A program made the translations under genes and the position numbers. Shown piece after piece: positions 36,979-45,909 of a stretch of 64,000 nt of DNA. The stretch's first letter is position 1. Every line of letters starts with the position of its first letter. The notes under the pieces were generated by a model that saw only the letters and a list, made by a program, of their open reading frames with translations, was not told the origin of the DNA and did no database searches. The DNA lies in the sequence record NC_041973.1. One strand, 5' to 3'.

Positions 36979-37347
36979 GTGATGAAACCACTCTTCGCCA
37001 TGAAGTTCGATACCCGGGATGCGGGATTAGGGGATCAACTCGATCTCTTGCAATCACGGGTGAAGGCTTACTCTAAACACGGCACCATGATCAAGGATGT
37101 GGCGGTGACGGCCTGGGTGGTCTGTTCGGATAACATGCCAGTTGCCGGTGATGACCCTGCTTATGTCAGTATTATCCACCGTTACCGTTACGACATCGAA
37201 CAACAGTGTGTGGTCGGTGGGGTCAGTGCCATGGATGCTCTGCGTGAGATCTGGTCGGCGTATGGTCCTGACTCTACCCTCCCGCCGTTCAGCCGGATAC
37301 CCGGTGCTGTCGATATGCAATTTACCTTAACTGTGTTCACTATTTAA
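36979..37347 (+). CDS. hypothetical protein, paralog array member 2
   Basis: GAGG SD; DVAVTAWVVCSDNMPVAG. Confidence 0.7.
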   Translation: MMKPLFAMKFDTRDAGLGDQLDLLQSRVKAYSKHGTMIKDVAVTAWVVCSDNMPVAGDDPAYVSIIHRYRYDIEQQCVVGGVSAMDALREIWSAYGPDSTLPPFSRIPGAVDMQFTLTVFTI

Positions 37348-37360
37348 AGGAGATACCCTC

Positions 37361-37753
37361 ATGGGAGTTTCTACTGCTGCTGCTCGTCGTTCTAAAGAAG
37401 GGGTGTTTACCCGGAGTATTGAAGTGCGTCACGATCACTGGAAACGCGATATCACTGATCTAGGACTGGATGTCCATAACCTGGTGCTGTGCAAGCAGGA
37501 GATCGTGTCCGTTACCGTCACGGCTTGGCGGGCGTATGATGAGTGCGGTGTATTGCGCGGTAGTGCCAAAGAGTTGAAGTTAGACATTACGGAATGGTTC
37601 CTCGGTGACAAAGGCCCGGTCATTAATGATGCGATCAAACCTCTCACGTTTGCCTTCATCATTAATCAACAACGCAGCCAACGCACGCCCTGGGTAAAAG
37701 ATGTCCGCTTAGGGCTTAACCTGTCCATTGTCTACAAGAGGATTCAGCAATAA
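37361..37753 (+). CDS. hypothetical protein, paralog array member 3
   Basis: AAGGAG SD; SVTVTAWRAYDECGVLRG. Confidence 0.7.
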   Translation: MGVSTAAARRSKEGVFTRSIEVRHDHWKRDITDLGLDVHNLVLCKQEIVSVTVTAWRAYDECGVLRGSAKELKLDITEWFLGDKGPVINDAIKPLTFAFIINQQRSQRTPWVKDVRLGLNLSIVYKRIQQ

Positions 37754-38097
37754 TGGAAATTGTCCACCAACTCGATCTTAGCCACGGCTGGGAACCCTTC
37801 AACCGCCTGAAAGCCGCCTTTGCCAAGAAACCCCCGGAGGCGATCCACATCACTGCCTGGGTCGCTCATGGTTATAAAGGAAACCTCATCGGCGATGAGC
37901 AAGTGGTGAAAGGGTCGTGCCAGGAGTGTCGGATTGATGTGACCCACATCTTCTTTCCCAGTCGGCCTGAGATCTTGATTGGTTTGTCGAGCTTCATTAA
38001 CACTATTAACCGTGACGGGCCGGTGAAGATCCCGGCCTGGACCGGATCGATTACTCTTTGTCTTGAATTAGCGATAAGTTATACGGATAGAATTTAA
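37753..38097 (+). CDS. hypothetical protein, paralog array member 4
   Basis: TAATG coupling; AIHITAWVAHGYKGNLIG. Confidence 0.7.
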   Translation: MEIVHQLDLSHGWEPFNRLKAAFAKKPPEAIHITAWVAHGYKGNLIGDEQVVKGSCQECRIDVTHIFFPSRPEILIGLSSFINTINRDGPVKIPAWTGSITLCLELAISYTDRI

Positions 38098-38204
38098 TCG
38101 GCATATATTCTGTCTCGTTAGCGTAAGCTCGCTAAAAACCCTTTTAAAGTTTTGTATAACAAACTATCAACTTTGTAGAAAGAAACAAATAGGAAATTAA
38201 TCTC

Positions 38205-38915
38205 ATGTTGCATGAAAACTTTGAAGCCTTAGTGGCGAACATCGCCAACCAAATCAATCAGCTGGAACCAGAGGATCTGCCGTCACTGATCCTGACCAAG
38301 AGCGAGGTCTACATCAACGACAAGCGACACGATCGCACGCGTCTACTGCTGAACCTGTTTACCCCACAACCCGGGCACACGCACGACGTGACCTTCGATC
38401 AAGAGCTGCAGGATGCCTTCGCTCACAACAACCTGGAGTTTATCAAAGTCGGTGAAGGGATCGCCTACGGACTACTGCGTACCAGTATCGTTAACAACGA
38501 ACCCGCGGTGTTCTGGATTCACGCCGATGTCTCCGATGATGCATCATTACTGAAGCAAGCCTGGGACATCATCACCGACCTGAAGAAGAATGCGGGTTAC
38601 CCCCAGGCGTTTAACATTGACGTGCTCGACGTAAGCTGGCATGCGTTAAGCTGGGCACAACTGCTGGGGACTTTGCTTGACCGCACTGACCCGACCCGCC
38701 GGTTCCGTTTGGCAACTAACCCCGATTACGATTTTGTGTTATCCCAGAAAGCCATCACGTACTACCAGGAGACGTTGAGTAAACGTCCGATGGCACCGGT
38801 TGCTTACCTCGATGACACTAACCTGTTTAATGGTGGCGACTTTAACGACAGTGATCGCAACTGGGCAATCGCCCCGAACGACAGCACCCGCCCTATCGTG
38901 AAGGTGTATGTTTAA
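38205..38915 (+). CDS. hypothetical protein
   Basis: AGGA SD, 236 aa. Confidence 0.75.
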   Translation: MLHENFEALVANIANQINQLEPEDLPSLILTKSEVYINDKRHDRTRLLLNLFTPQPGHTHDVTFDQELQDAFAHNNLEFIKVGEGIAYGLLRTSIVNNEPAVFWIHADVSDDASLLKQAWDIITDLKKNAGYPQAFNIDVLDVSWHALSWAQLLGTLLDRTDPTRRFRLATNPDYDFVLSQKAITYYQETLSKRPMAPVAYLDDTNLFNGGDFNDSDRNWAIAPNDSTRPIVKVYV

Positions 38916-38973
38916 ATAAACACAAGCTCCAGATGGTATACTTGGAAACATTTATTGATCTGGAGCCCCAGCC

Positions 38974-39273
38974 ATGCAAAACAATGACGATGTGGTGCCG
39001 ATGCACTATAACCACAACGTGGACATGAATAACCCGCTCGACGTGGATGAAGAGGCGTTAAAGGTTCGCTTCGCTGCGCGCCTGTGCAGCTTCCTTGATC
39101 TTGCCGAGCAACTGAATAAGGATGACTTAACCCAAAACGATATCAGTCAGTTCACCGTCGGTATCGTAAACTTAGTGTGTGACTCAATGGGCAGTAGTCC
39201 CAAACGAGACCTTTACAGGAGACAGATGGTTGACAAACTTGAACCTGTTCTGTCGAGGCATCTGATTAAATAG
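38974..39273 (+). CDS. hypothetical protein
   Basis: GGAG SD. Confidence 0.7.
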   Translation: MQNNDDVVPMHYNHNVDMNNPLDVDEEALKVRFAARLCSFLDLAEQLNKDDLTQNDISQFTVGIVNLVCDSMGSSPKRDLYRRQMVDKLEPVLSRHLIK

Positions 39274-39317
39274 TCGGAGGCGTGACGGAACGCGACTACA
39301 TTGCAGTATAAAAGGAT

Positions 39318-40100
39318 ATGGCTATGACGTTCGAAAAAGAAGGGGACACGTTGCACATTGTGCGACTGAGAACCAAAGGCTGGTACCACATGACGGTAAC
39401 CAGCGATCCTGATGCGAGTATGGATATCGTTAACACGAACTTACGTCAGGGCACTTTTACTGATCCACTTTTACAACACCAGTACGACATCTGTAAAAAA
39501 GAGATGGGACAAGATCCCAATCCAAATGACATCGTTTTCCACCAGTTCGTGACCACGCCAGACCAGACCGGGTATCAGTCTGGCCACTGGATGATTCGTG
39601 ATCACATTCGCCACGGCTATTCACTGAAGTGCCTGACTAACATCGGTGACTGGCTTTCGACCGCAGCCTATCTTTATATCCCAGACCCTGATGATAAAGA
39701 GGGCGGTGATAGAAAATACAAAGTAACTGACTTAGGTAAGTATCTCGACAAGGAAGAGTTGTTGGGTCACTCCGACCACCTGCCGATGTATTTCTTGCCT
39801 GATGAGGAACCGGGTGACAGCTATGATGAGTTGATTGAAACCCATCGTCTTCCGCAACCTGACAAAGGTTACTCTTGTGTGGCCATCAAGAACGGTATGT
39901 CGTTTAGTTTGCTGACGTACAACAACTCCAAGCGGGTGCTTTCAGAAGAGGAAGAACTGCAAACCACAACCGTCCCAGTCAGGGCAGATGGTTTGCTGTA
40001 CAGCTCCGTCTTAGAGTTGGCTATGGCTAAGAACGCCCCAGTCTGGTTTGTCTTGGAGATGTTAACTTCCGAAACCGACCCGAACTGGCATTTCGTCTAA
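39318..40100 (+). CDS. degenerate GIY-YIG-like protein, paralog of 35053..35769
   Basis: Shares TNIGDWL, VTD(L/M)..KYL and the C-terminal G..YSS..E.A...W.F/Y pattern. Confidence 0.55.
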   Translation: MAMTFEKEGDTLHIVRLRTKGWYHMTVTSDPDASMDIVNTNLRQGTFTDPLLQHQYDICKKEMGQDPNPNDIVFHQFVTTPDQTGYQSGHWMIRDHIRHGYSLKCLTNIGDWLSTAAYLYIPDPDDKEGGDRKYKVTDLGKYLDKEELLGHSDHLPMYFLPDEEPGDSYDELIETHRLPQPDKGYSCVAIKNGMSFSLLTYNNSKRVLSEEEELQTTTVPVRADGLLYSSVLELAMAKNAPVWFVLEMLTSETDPNWHFV

Positions 40101-40188
40101 CCGAGATTGGCTGTGGGGAATCCTATGCAATTGCAAAGTGTAGAGAGAACCACGGCCAATCGTAAGCTGTATCATAAGGAGAGAGATT

Positions 40189-41769
40189 GTGAGTGAAGCT
40201 AACCAGAACATCGTAGAAAGCTACGACGACCTGCCGAAGAACGCGCAGAAAGGTGATCGCTATACCGTGCGTGAAGACGCGATCGTTTACGAACTCCAGG
40301 AAGATGGTTCTTGGAAAGACGTAGACATCAACGAACAGGTTGATCAGGAAAACGAAGAGCAGGCGCAGACCGAAGATGGTCAGCAGTCTGACACCGGCGC
40401 AACTGACCAGCCTGCCTCTGATGAAGAGGGCGACGCGGATTCGTCTAAAACGGCAGCTACCGATGAAGAAAACCAGGTAGATGACAACGGCGATGACAAG
40501 CAGACTCCGGCTGAAGAGAAGCAGGAAGAAGCAGCGCAGGCGGTTGATGAAACCCAGCCACGTGATGACCCTTACGTACGAGGAGCGAACAGCGATGCCA
40601 ATCCGGCACAACCTGAAGATGCGAATCAAACGCAAGATCAGACTGACGAAGCAGGACAAACTCCTGATTCTTCTGACGATACCAACGCGCAGCAGGAAAG
40701 CACTGATGGCGTTGCGACGCAGGATGCGAAAGAGCAGGCTAACATCCCGGAAGGGGTAGATCCTGAAGAAGCGCAACCTGACAACCAGCCACTGGCAGTA
40801 GCACCGGTTGAGCAGCCCCCTGTCCAGCACGAAGCGGTCGCGGTTGATCCTAACGCTGACCAGCCATCACCTGAAGCGCGTCCAGACAGCAAGATCGAAG
40901 AAGCGGCTGAACTGAACGCACAGAAAGAAGATGCGGCTCGTGACGAGATCGCTGAAGCCGGTGCTGATGCACAAGCTGCGACCTCTGCTGAGCAGACTGA
41001 CGCTGGCAAAGCCAAAGAAGACGCACAGGCTGAAGGCCAGTTGCCGAACGATGGTGCTGCTGATGATGTCGCCGCTGGTAAACCACGTAATGACCAGACC
41101 TACACCGAAGATCAGAAAGCGGCGAACACGCCAGCTCCTGAAATCGTGCAGGCTCAGGAAAACCATACGTCAGAGCCTGATCCGGTAGTTAGCCAGGAAG
41201 AGACCCATGTGCAGAACGCCACGGACCCTGACCAGCCGACTATCATCCCGCAGGAAGCGAAGTCTGAATCACTGGCGCATCAAGCTGCCGATCCAACGCA
41301 GGAAACTGTGTTTGTTAAGCAGGATGAAAACCTGGACCCGGAAGTGCGTGTGCTGCAACAGCGCATCGAAGAGTACATCAGCAACATGGGTGTGAACGGT
41401 AAGCACGATCGCCGTGACGGTCCGAAGTATCAGGCTCGCCTGTACAAAGACCTGCACTCCATCATGGCGCTGGAGCCAGTGAAGTTCAAGCAAGTGATGG
41501 ACTACCTGCTGAACCGTGTGTATGAAGAACGTGCCGGTGCTTTCTCTGACACCTATACGCGCCGTTACTTCGATCAGCTGTCACCGATGCACATGCAGAC
41601 CGATCGCGTGCGTGAGTTTGACAACATCCTGTCGCTGGTAACCACTGTGGGTCATTCCAAAAACCGCAGTCGTGCCCTGCAGCAGGTTGATCTGCAGCGC
41701 GCCCTGAAGAACATTCAGGATGCCGGGAAGCAGCAGCGTATGGCAGCGTACTTTGATGCTCTGCGTTAA
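40189..41769 (+). CDS. protein with long acidic disordered region and helical C-terminal domain
   Basis: AAGGAG SD. About 330 aa are D/E/Q/A/P-rich. Confidence 0.8.
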   Translation: MSEANQNIVESYDDLPKNAQKGDRYTVREDAIVYELQEDGSWKDVDINEQVDQENEEQAQTEDGQQSDTGATDQPASDEEGDADSSKTAATDEENQVDDNGDDKQTPAEEKQEEAAQAVDETQPRDDPYVRGANSDANPAQPEDANQTQDQTDEAGQTPDSSDDTNAQQESTDGVATQDAKEQANIPEGVDPEEAQPDNQPLAVAPVEQPPVQHEAVAVDPNADQPSPEARPDSKIEEAAELNAQKEDAARDEIAEAGADAQAATSAEQTDAGKAKEDAQAEGQLPNDGAADDVAAGKPRNDQTYTEDQKAANTPAPEIVQAQENHTSEPDPVVSQEETHVQNATDPDQPTIIPQEAKSESLAHQAADPTQETVFVKQDENLDPEVRVLQQRIEEYISNMGVNGKHDRRDGPKYQARLYKDLHSIMALEPVKFKQVMDYLLNRVYEERAGAFSDTYTRRYFDQLSPMHMQTDRVREFDNILSLVTTVGHSKNRSRALQQVDLQRALKNIQDAGKQQRMAAYFDALR

Positions 41770-41782
41770 TTGATCATTTGAT

Positions 41783-41835
41783 CAGCATAAGGAGAGGCCT
41801 CGCGCCTCTCCTGTTTATGCCGTCTTTTTTTTTTT
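41783..41835. terminator. bidirectional terminator CAGCATAA-hairpin-TTATGCCG
   Basis: GGAGAGGC-CTCGC-GCCTCTCC between convergent genes, plus a long T run. Confidence 0.85.
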
Positions 41836-42337
41836 ACACTAAAATGCCGTTAAAGGCCACCGGGTCATTAGCCAGGAATGGATTGTACCGAACCACGGAC
41901 CCTAATGTGTAATCGTAATAGATGAAATCCAAGCATTGCGCACCCTGGTAGGTAGTCCATGACTTTGATAGATAACCATTGCGATCTAACGCAACGTAAG
42001 CTGGGCGGCTTGACAACGGAGTAAACTTCATCAACACTTGTGGCTGGTTGTTGAGGTTGTTTGTAAATACAGGCAGGGAAGGATGCGCATGCCTTGCAAT
42101 GGAGCACAACCAAGAGTCGTAGGTAAACCACTCTTTATACGGCGTGCCGTACATGTTGTTGGATGTGTTCAATGTAGTATTAACATATTTACCGGCATTG
42201 GCGGACATGCTGGTACTCGCGTTCGCTACCTTCGTATATTTGGCGGCATTGGCCGCAAGCCACGCCTCGAATTGTGCATAGGTCATCTTAGTACCTATCT
42301 GTGGCTGTGACTTACTGCCCATTAACATCTCTAACAT
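41834..42337 (-). CDS. putative tail-associated virion protein (paralog of 42350..42859)
   Basis: MLEMLM start. Shares YGTPY..W/ARHA.P and DFIYYD...V.R..P with its neighbour. Confidence 0.6.
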   Translation of the reverse strand: MLEMLMGSKSQPQIGTKMTYAQFEAWLAANAAKYTKVANASTSMSANAGKYVNTTLNTSNNMYGTPYKEWFTYDSWLCSIARHAHPSLPVFTNNLNNQPQVLMKFTPLSSRPAYVALDRNGYLSKSWTTYQGAQCLDFIYYDYTLGSVVRYNPFLANDPVAFNGILV

Positions 42338-42349
42338 GGTAACTCCTGA

Positions 42350-42859
42350 TTAGATCAACACCCCGTTAAACGGTACCGGTGTGCCGCCATTTAACGGAGT
42401 CCACCGCATCACAACACCCTGGGTATTGTCGTAGTAAATAAAGTCAAGCACAGTACGCCCATTAAATGATCCGTAAGACAAGCTGGTGTAACCGTTACGA
42501 TTGAGGCCTGAATAGGCACTTTTGGTAACATAAGGTCCAAGCTTCATTAAACAAAACTGTTTATTCGCCAACATGTAATCAAACATCGTTTGTGCCGGAC
42601 ACGCATGTCGTGCGATCCTTGCCCAAGTTGAATCGTGAGTACAGGAGTTTAAATAGGGAGTACCCCACATGTTACCGCCATCAGCCGTCATGGAGATCCT
42701 GGCATAGCCGTTCGTAAACGTGGTGGACGACGGAGTGCCTGTATTCGACGCTGCACTGACCGCACTGTACTTAGTGGTATTGGTATTTAACCAAGTAACA
42801 AAATCCGCATAGCTCATCTTTACAGTTTTCTTGCCAGCGTACATTAATAACTCGAGCAT
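42350..42859 (-). CDS. putative tail-associated virion protein
   Basis: MLELLM start, GAGGTGGAG SD. Confidence 0.6.
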   Translation of the reverse strand: MLELLMYAGKKTVKMSYADFVTWLNTNTTKYSAVSAASNTGTPSSTTFTNGYARISMTADGGNMWGTPYLNSCTHDSTWARIARHACPAQTMFDYMLANKQFCLMKLGPYVTKSAYSGLNRNGYTSLSYGSFNGRTVLDFIYYDNTQGVVMRWTPLNGGTPVPFNGVLI

Positions 42860-42930
42860 AACTCCACCTCAAAATAAAATCCCGTTAGCAAGGGTTCTGG
42901 TTCTCTAATACATGACTTATAGGATTTAGC

Positions 42931-42960
42931 CGGCATAACGGAGCAGGCAACGCCTACTCC
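42931..42960 (-). terminator. hairpin plus TTATGCCG (minus strand)
   Basis: Plus-strand CGGCATAA-C-GGAGCAGGC-AAC-GCCTACTCC, downstream of the minus-strand gene 43001..43978. Confidence 0.65.
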
Positions 42961-43000
42961 TGAATCCTGGTGTGAATAACGGTTGGTCGATTGGGGTATT

Positions 43001-43978
43001 TTAACCCGCTGTAGTTTGATCTGGGTAACCTCGACCTGTCCCCCAGACAATACGAACAATACCATCAGCACCACTACCTAAGAAACTGGTGCCGTCACTC
43101 TTGTACTGACTTGCCCCGCCGCCTCCTGCACCCCCGCCTGGAATCGCGGTAGGTATCCCCGCCCCTGATCCTGGCATATCCTTGATACGTCCTGTCGATT
43201 TAATTCCCCCACCACCTCGACCAGTATAGATCTTGGTAGTGCCTTGGGTCGTCAGGGTAACATTCCCACCATAACCCGCTCCCGTATCCGCAGGGTTAGT
43301 GGGGGTTGCGCCATAAGCACATCCTGCGCCGCCATCGCCCATGTAACCGCCTGCACCGCCACCGCCGACCGCACGTGTCGTTAATGACCCGGTGCCACCC
43401 TTTCCACCTGTACCACCCCCAACAATAGGTTTGGTAGCAGGGTTCTGGATAGGGTTGTTCGCGATCCCGGCTAACACACCGCCGACGACATTTAACAGCC
43501 CGCCGACCAAACCGCCTACTAATCCCCCTACTATATCCACCAATACCAGATCCAGGAGATTACCGGAAAGTCCATTCGACTGCGGCATGACGGTAACTGC
43601 CGTGTTACCGGATGCGTCCTCCCCGCCACCCACTGCTTTTAACAGATAGGTGCCATTACGCGCTATCCCGGAGAAAGACCCTTTATTCGCCGTGAAGGCG
43701 GTTTTAACGGGTGTTGGTGTACCAATCCCACCTTGCCCTACCACAACCGTCATCTTCTCACCAGGAGTCACAGGGATCGCATTACGATAACGTAACGTCC
43801 CGCCATTCCCGCCGGTGTGTACAAGGGTAGTGCTACTGGCTGATTGCCCACCCCCTACTGCGACGGCACTCATGCTCGTTGCCCCTTCTGGCACAATCAG
43901 TTCGTACACCCCCGCCTTTGTGAAGAGCGTCTCTAGGGGTAACTTAATGTGTGTCTTGTTTAACAATAACCCAATCAT
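43001..43978 (-). CDS. glycine-rich tail-fibre-type protein
   Basis: SAVAVGGG, GGNGG.LRY.N.IPVTPGE...VVVGQGG, GGGAGG and GADGIVRIVWG form the typical phage Gly-rich domain. Confidence 0.75.
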   Translation of the reverse strand: MIGLLLNKTHIKLPLETLFTKAGVYELIVPEGATSMSAVAVGGGQSASSTTLVHTGGNGGTLRYRNAIPVTPGEKMTVVVGQGGIGTPTPVKTAFTANKGSFSGIARNGTYLLKAVGGGEDASGNTAVTVMPQSNGLSGNLLDLVLVDIVGGLVGGLVGGLLNVVGGVLAGIANNPIQNPATKPIVGGGTGGKGGTGSLTTRAVGGGGAGGYMGDGGAGCAYGATPTNPADTGAGYGGNVTLTTQGTTKIYTGRGGGGIKSTGRIKDMPGSGAGIPTAIPGGGAGGGGASQYKSDGTSFLGSGADGIVRIVWGTGRGYPDQTTAG

Positions 43979-44035
43979 GCATCATCCTTCTAGAATGAGT
44001 ACCTTGACGACCTACTCGCGTCATAGCATTCCAGC

Positions 44036-44079
44036 CGGCATAAGGGAGTGGATACCCTGACCGTAGCCAAGGTATCCAC
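44036..44079 (-). terminator. hairpin plus TTATGCCG (minus strand)
   Basis: GTGGATACC..GGTATCCAC stem with CGGCATAA, downstream of the DNA polymerase gene. Confidence 0.7.
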
Positions 44080-44087
44080 GTGGTGCG

Positions 44088-45809
44088 TCAAGCCGCAGCC
44101 ATGAAATCGATCTCGATGTGTTTTTCTACCATAAAGTCTTTCAGTAACGTAATGGTCTCAGGTGCTTTGTACAACTTACGTGCAAGTTCACCGGCATTGT
44201 TCATACCACCGGCTGCCAGGTTTACTGCTACCTGACGATACTCCGTATCATCCAATCCTTCGATCTGGGTCATCTCAATCCAGGTGGTTTGTTTCCCCAC
44301 ATTCATGATGACCGTACCGGTCGGGTATGCTCCTTCTACGTCGATGTCGTTCGTACCTGTTCGCACATAGGACTTGACATTCGGCAGTTCTTTAAACATC
44401 GCTTTGCCGTTTAAAGCAACCAGCTCTGTTGGCAGCATGACGATCCAGCCACCCAGCCCCTGAATGTGATCATCCAGTTCGGTACGCATCTGATCTGATG
44501 TAGTACCCCAGATATACCCTTCTTTCATTACATCGTAATGCATCGCCTCAGCGATACGTGTCGGCTGCGATATAAAGTTACGGTAGTCTGACACCCCGCA
44601 GAACGTTGGAACCGCTACAGAGAGATCTGAGGTCTTCTCGTCCATCATTTCAACCACGATGCAGTCGAAGATGTTATACATCACATATTCGTACTTGTAG
44701 TTGCTCTGCATGAACTCATGCCAGTCTGCCCCGTGGTACCCTTCAGCTTCACTGAACTTCATCTTGGTCACACCGAGTACTTTCTCTGCGATGTTATCCA
44801 GTTTGTAGTTCAGCTCTTTACCGTTCATGGTACGCAGGTAGTAATAGGCTGACATCGATTCAGCCCAACGGAACGACGCAGGGGCATTGACGTAAGGCCA
44901 CTTCTCATAGTTAGCTAATGATGTCTTGGTGACTTCTTTGCCATCATTTTTTACTTTGTGGGTTTTGCCCTCGTAGTAATAAACGTTACGGTACTCTTGG
45001 GGTACCGAGGGATCGCAAATAACGTCAGCAGGGTTGATGCCGGCATTAGTTAATGTTTGGGTGAGAACCTTGTAGTCGAACTCGAGCACGTTCCAGCCAG
45101 TGATGAAATCGGGCATCCACTCATGGGCGCGTTCAAACAGTTTGACAAAGCCATCTGCAGCACTGTCAACCAACACGAACTCTGGGTTGGTGATGCTGCG
45201 TTTGGTTGCCCACTCGCCCAGGTATTTATCCCAGGCCAGTTTCAGCTTCTGATGAATACGTTCATCCGCTTCCCCGCCAAAGTAGCGACGGATCACAAAG
45301 GTAAAGGTGCGTTCTTTAAAGGTTAAGGATGCCATGATCGGCTCACCCTTATACCGCTCGTCTACCATTTCGGTTTCGATATCGAACACACTGATTTTGT
45401 ACGGAGTAAAGGTATCAGGAAACTTCGCTTCGTACATCGCTTTGACAATCGAGGAGGGTTCGATGTCAGCGCCATACACGTACGGACTGCGACATACCCG
45501 ACGCAGTTGCTGATCGGTGGCACCTTTTCCCAACATCTTTGAGATGTGGTTAGGAAGATCCCACTGCGGGCAACTGAACTTCTGCAGCTTGGACAGCTCT
45601 TCGTAATCTTTCTTATCCTGGTGATTGCGGTACGCCGGTTTGGTGAGGTAGTAATCACGCTTCATGTCTTTGATGATGCGGGTGTGGGGTTTGCTGTTCC
45701 CGTTCTCGTCAATCACATTCTCTTTCACGAAGATGATGTCTGATTTGCCGCGCAGAGAAAGGGTATAGATCGCGTGCTTGCATTCGAAACGAAGGTTATT
45801 GCTGCTCAT
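44088..45809 (-). CDS. split family-B DNA polymerase, 3'-5' exonuclease-containing part (phiKZ gp82-like)
   Basis: ExoI FDIET, ExoII ITGWNVLEFD, ExoIII YNIFDC and motif A DIDVEGAYP. No DTD motif. Confidence 0.88.
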   Translation of the reverse strand: MSSNNLRFECKHAIYTLSLRGKSDIIFVKENVIDENGNSKPHTRIIKDMKRDYYLTKPAYRNHQDKKDYEELSKLQKFSCPQWDLPNHISKMLGKGATDQQLRRVCRSPYVYGADIEPSSIVKAMYEAKFPDTFTPYKISVFDIETEMVDERYKGEPIMASLTFKERTFTFVIRRYFGGEADERIHQKLKLAWDKYLGEWATKRSITNPEFVLVDSAADGFVKLFERAHEWMPDFITGWNVLEFDYKVLTQTLTNAGINPADVICDPSVPQEYRNVYYYEGKTHKVKNDGKEVTKTSLANYEKWPYVNAPASFRWAESMSAYYYLRTMNGKELNYKLDNIAEKVLGVTKMKFSEAEGYHGADWHEFMQSNYKYEYVMYNIFDCIVVEMMDEKTSDLSVAVPTFCGVSDYRNFISQPTRIAEAMHYDVMKEGYIWGTTSDQMRTELDDHIQGLGGWIVMLPTELVALNGKAMFKELPNVKSYVRTGTNDIDVEGAYPTGTVIMNVGKQTTWIEMTQIEGLDDTEYRQVAVNLAAGGMNNAGELARKLYKAPETITLLKDFMVEKHIEIDFMAAA

Positions 45810-45909
45810 GATGAATGATAATCCTATGTCAAAACACTACAAAGTGCACCAGTGTTTAATACGCGTTATAACATCAGGCGTGCAACTACATTTATACAAA
45901 GGAGATCAC

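Noticed and set aside
40123-40830. 235-aa hydrophobic minus-strand ORF that looks like a membrane protein
   Set aside because: It is the antisense shadow of the acidic low-complexity gene.
45778-45909. N-terminal extension of the HExxH head protein in the ORF track
   Set aside because: It overlaps the divergent polymerase start. ATG 45910 has a GGAG SD and places the GLE site near the N-terminus.
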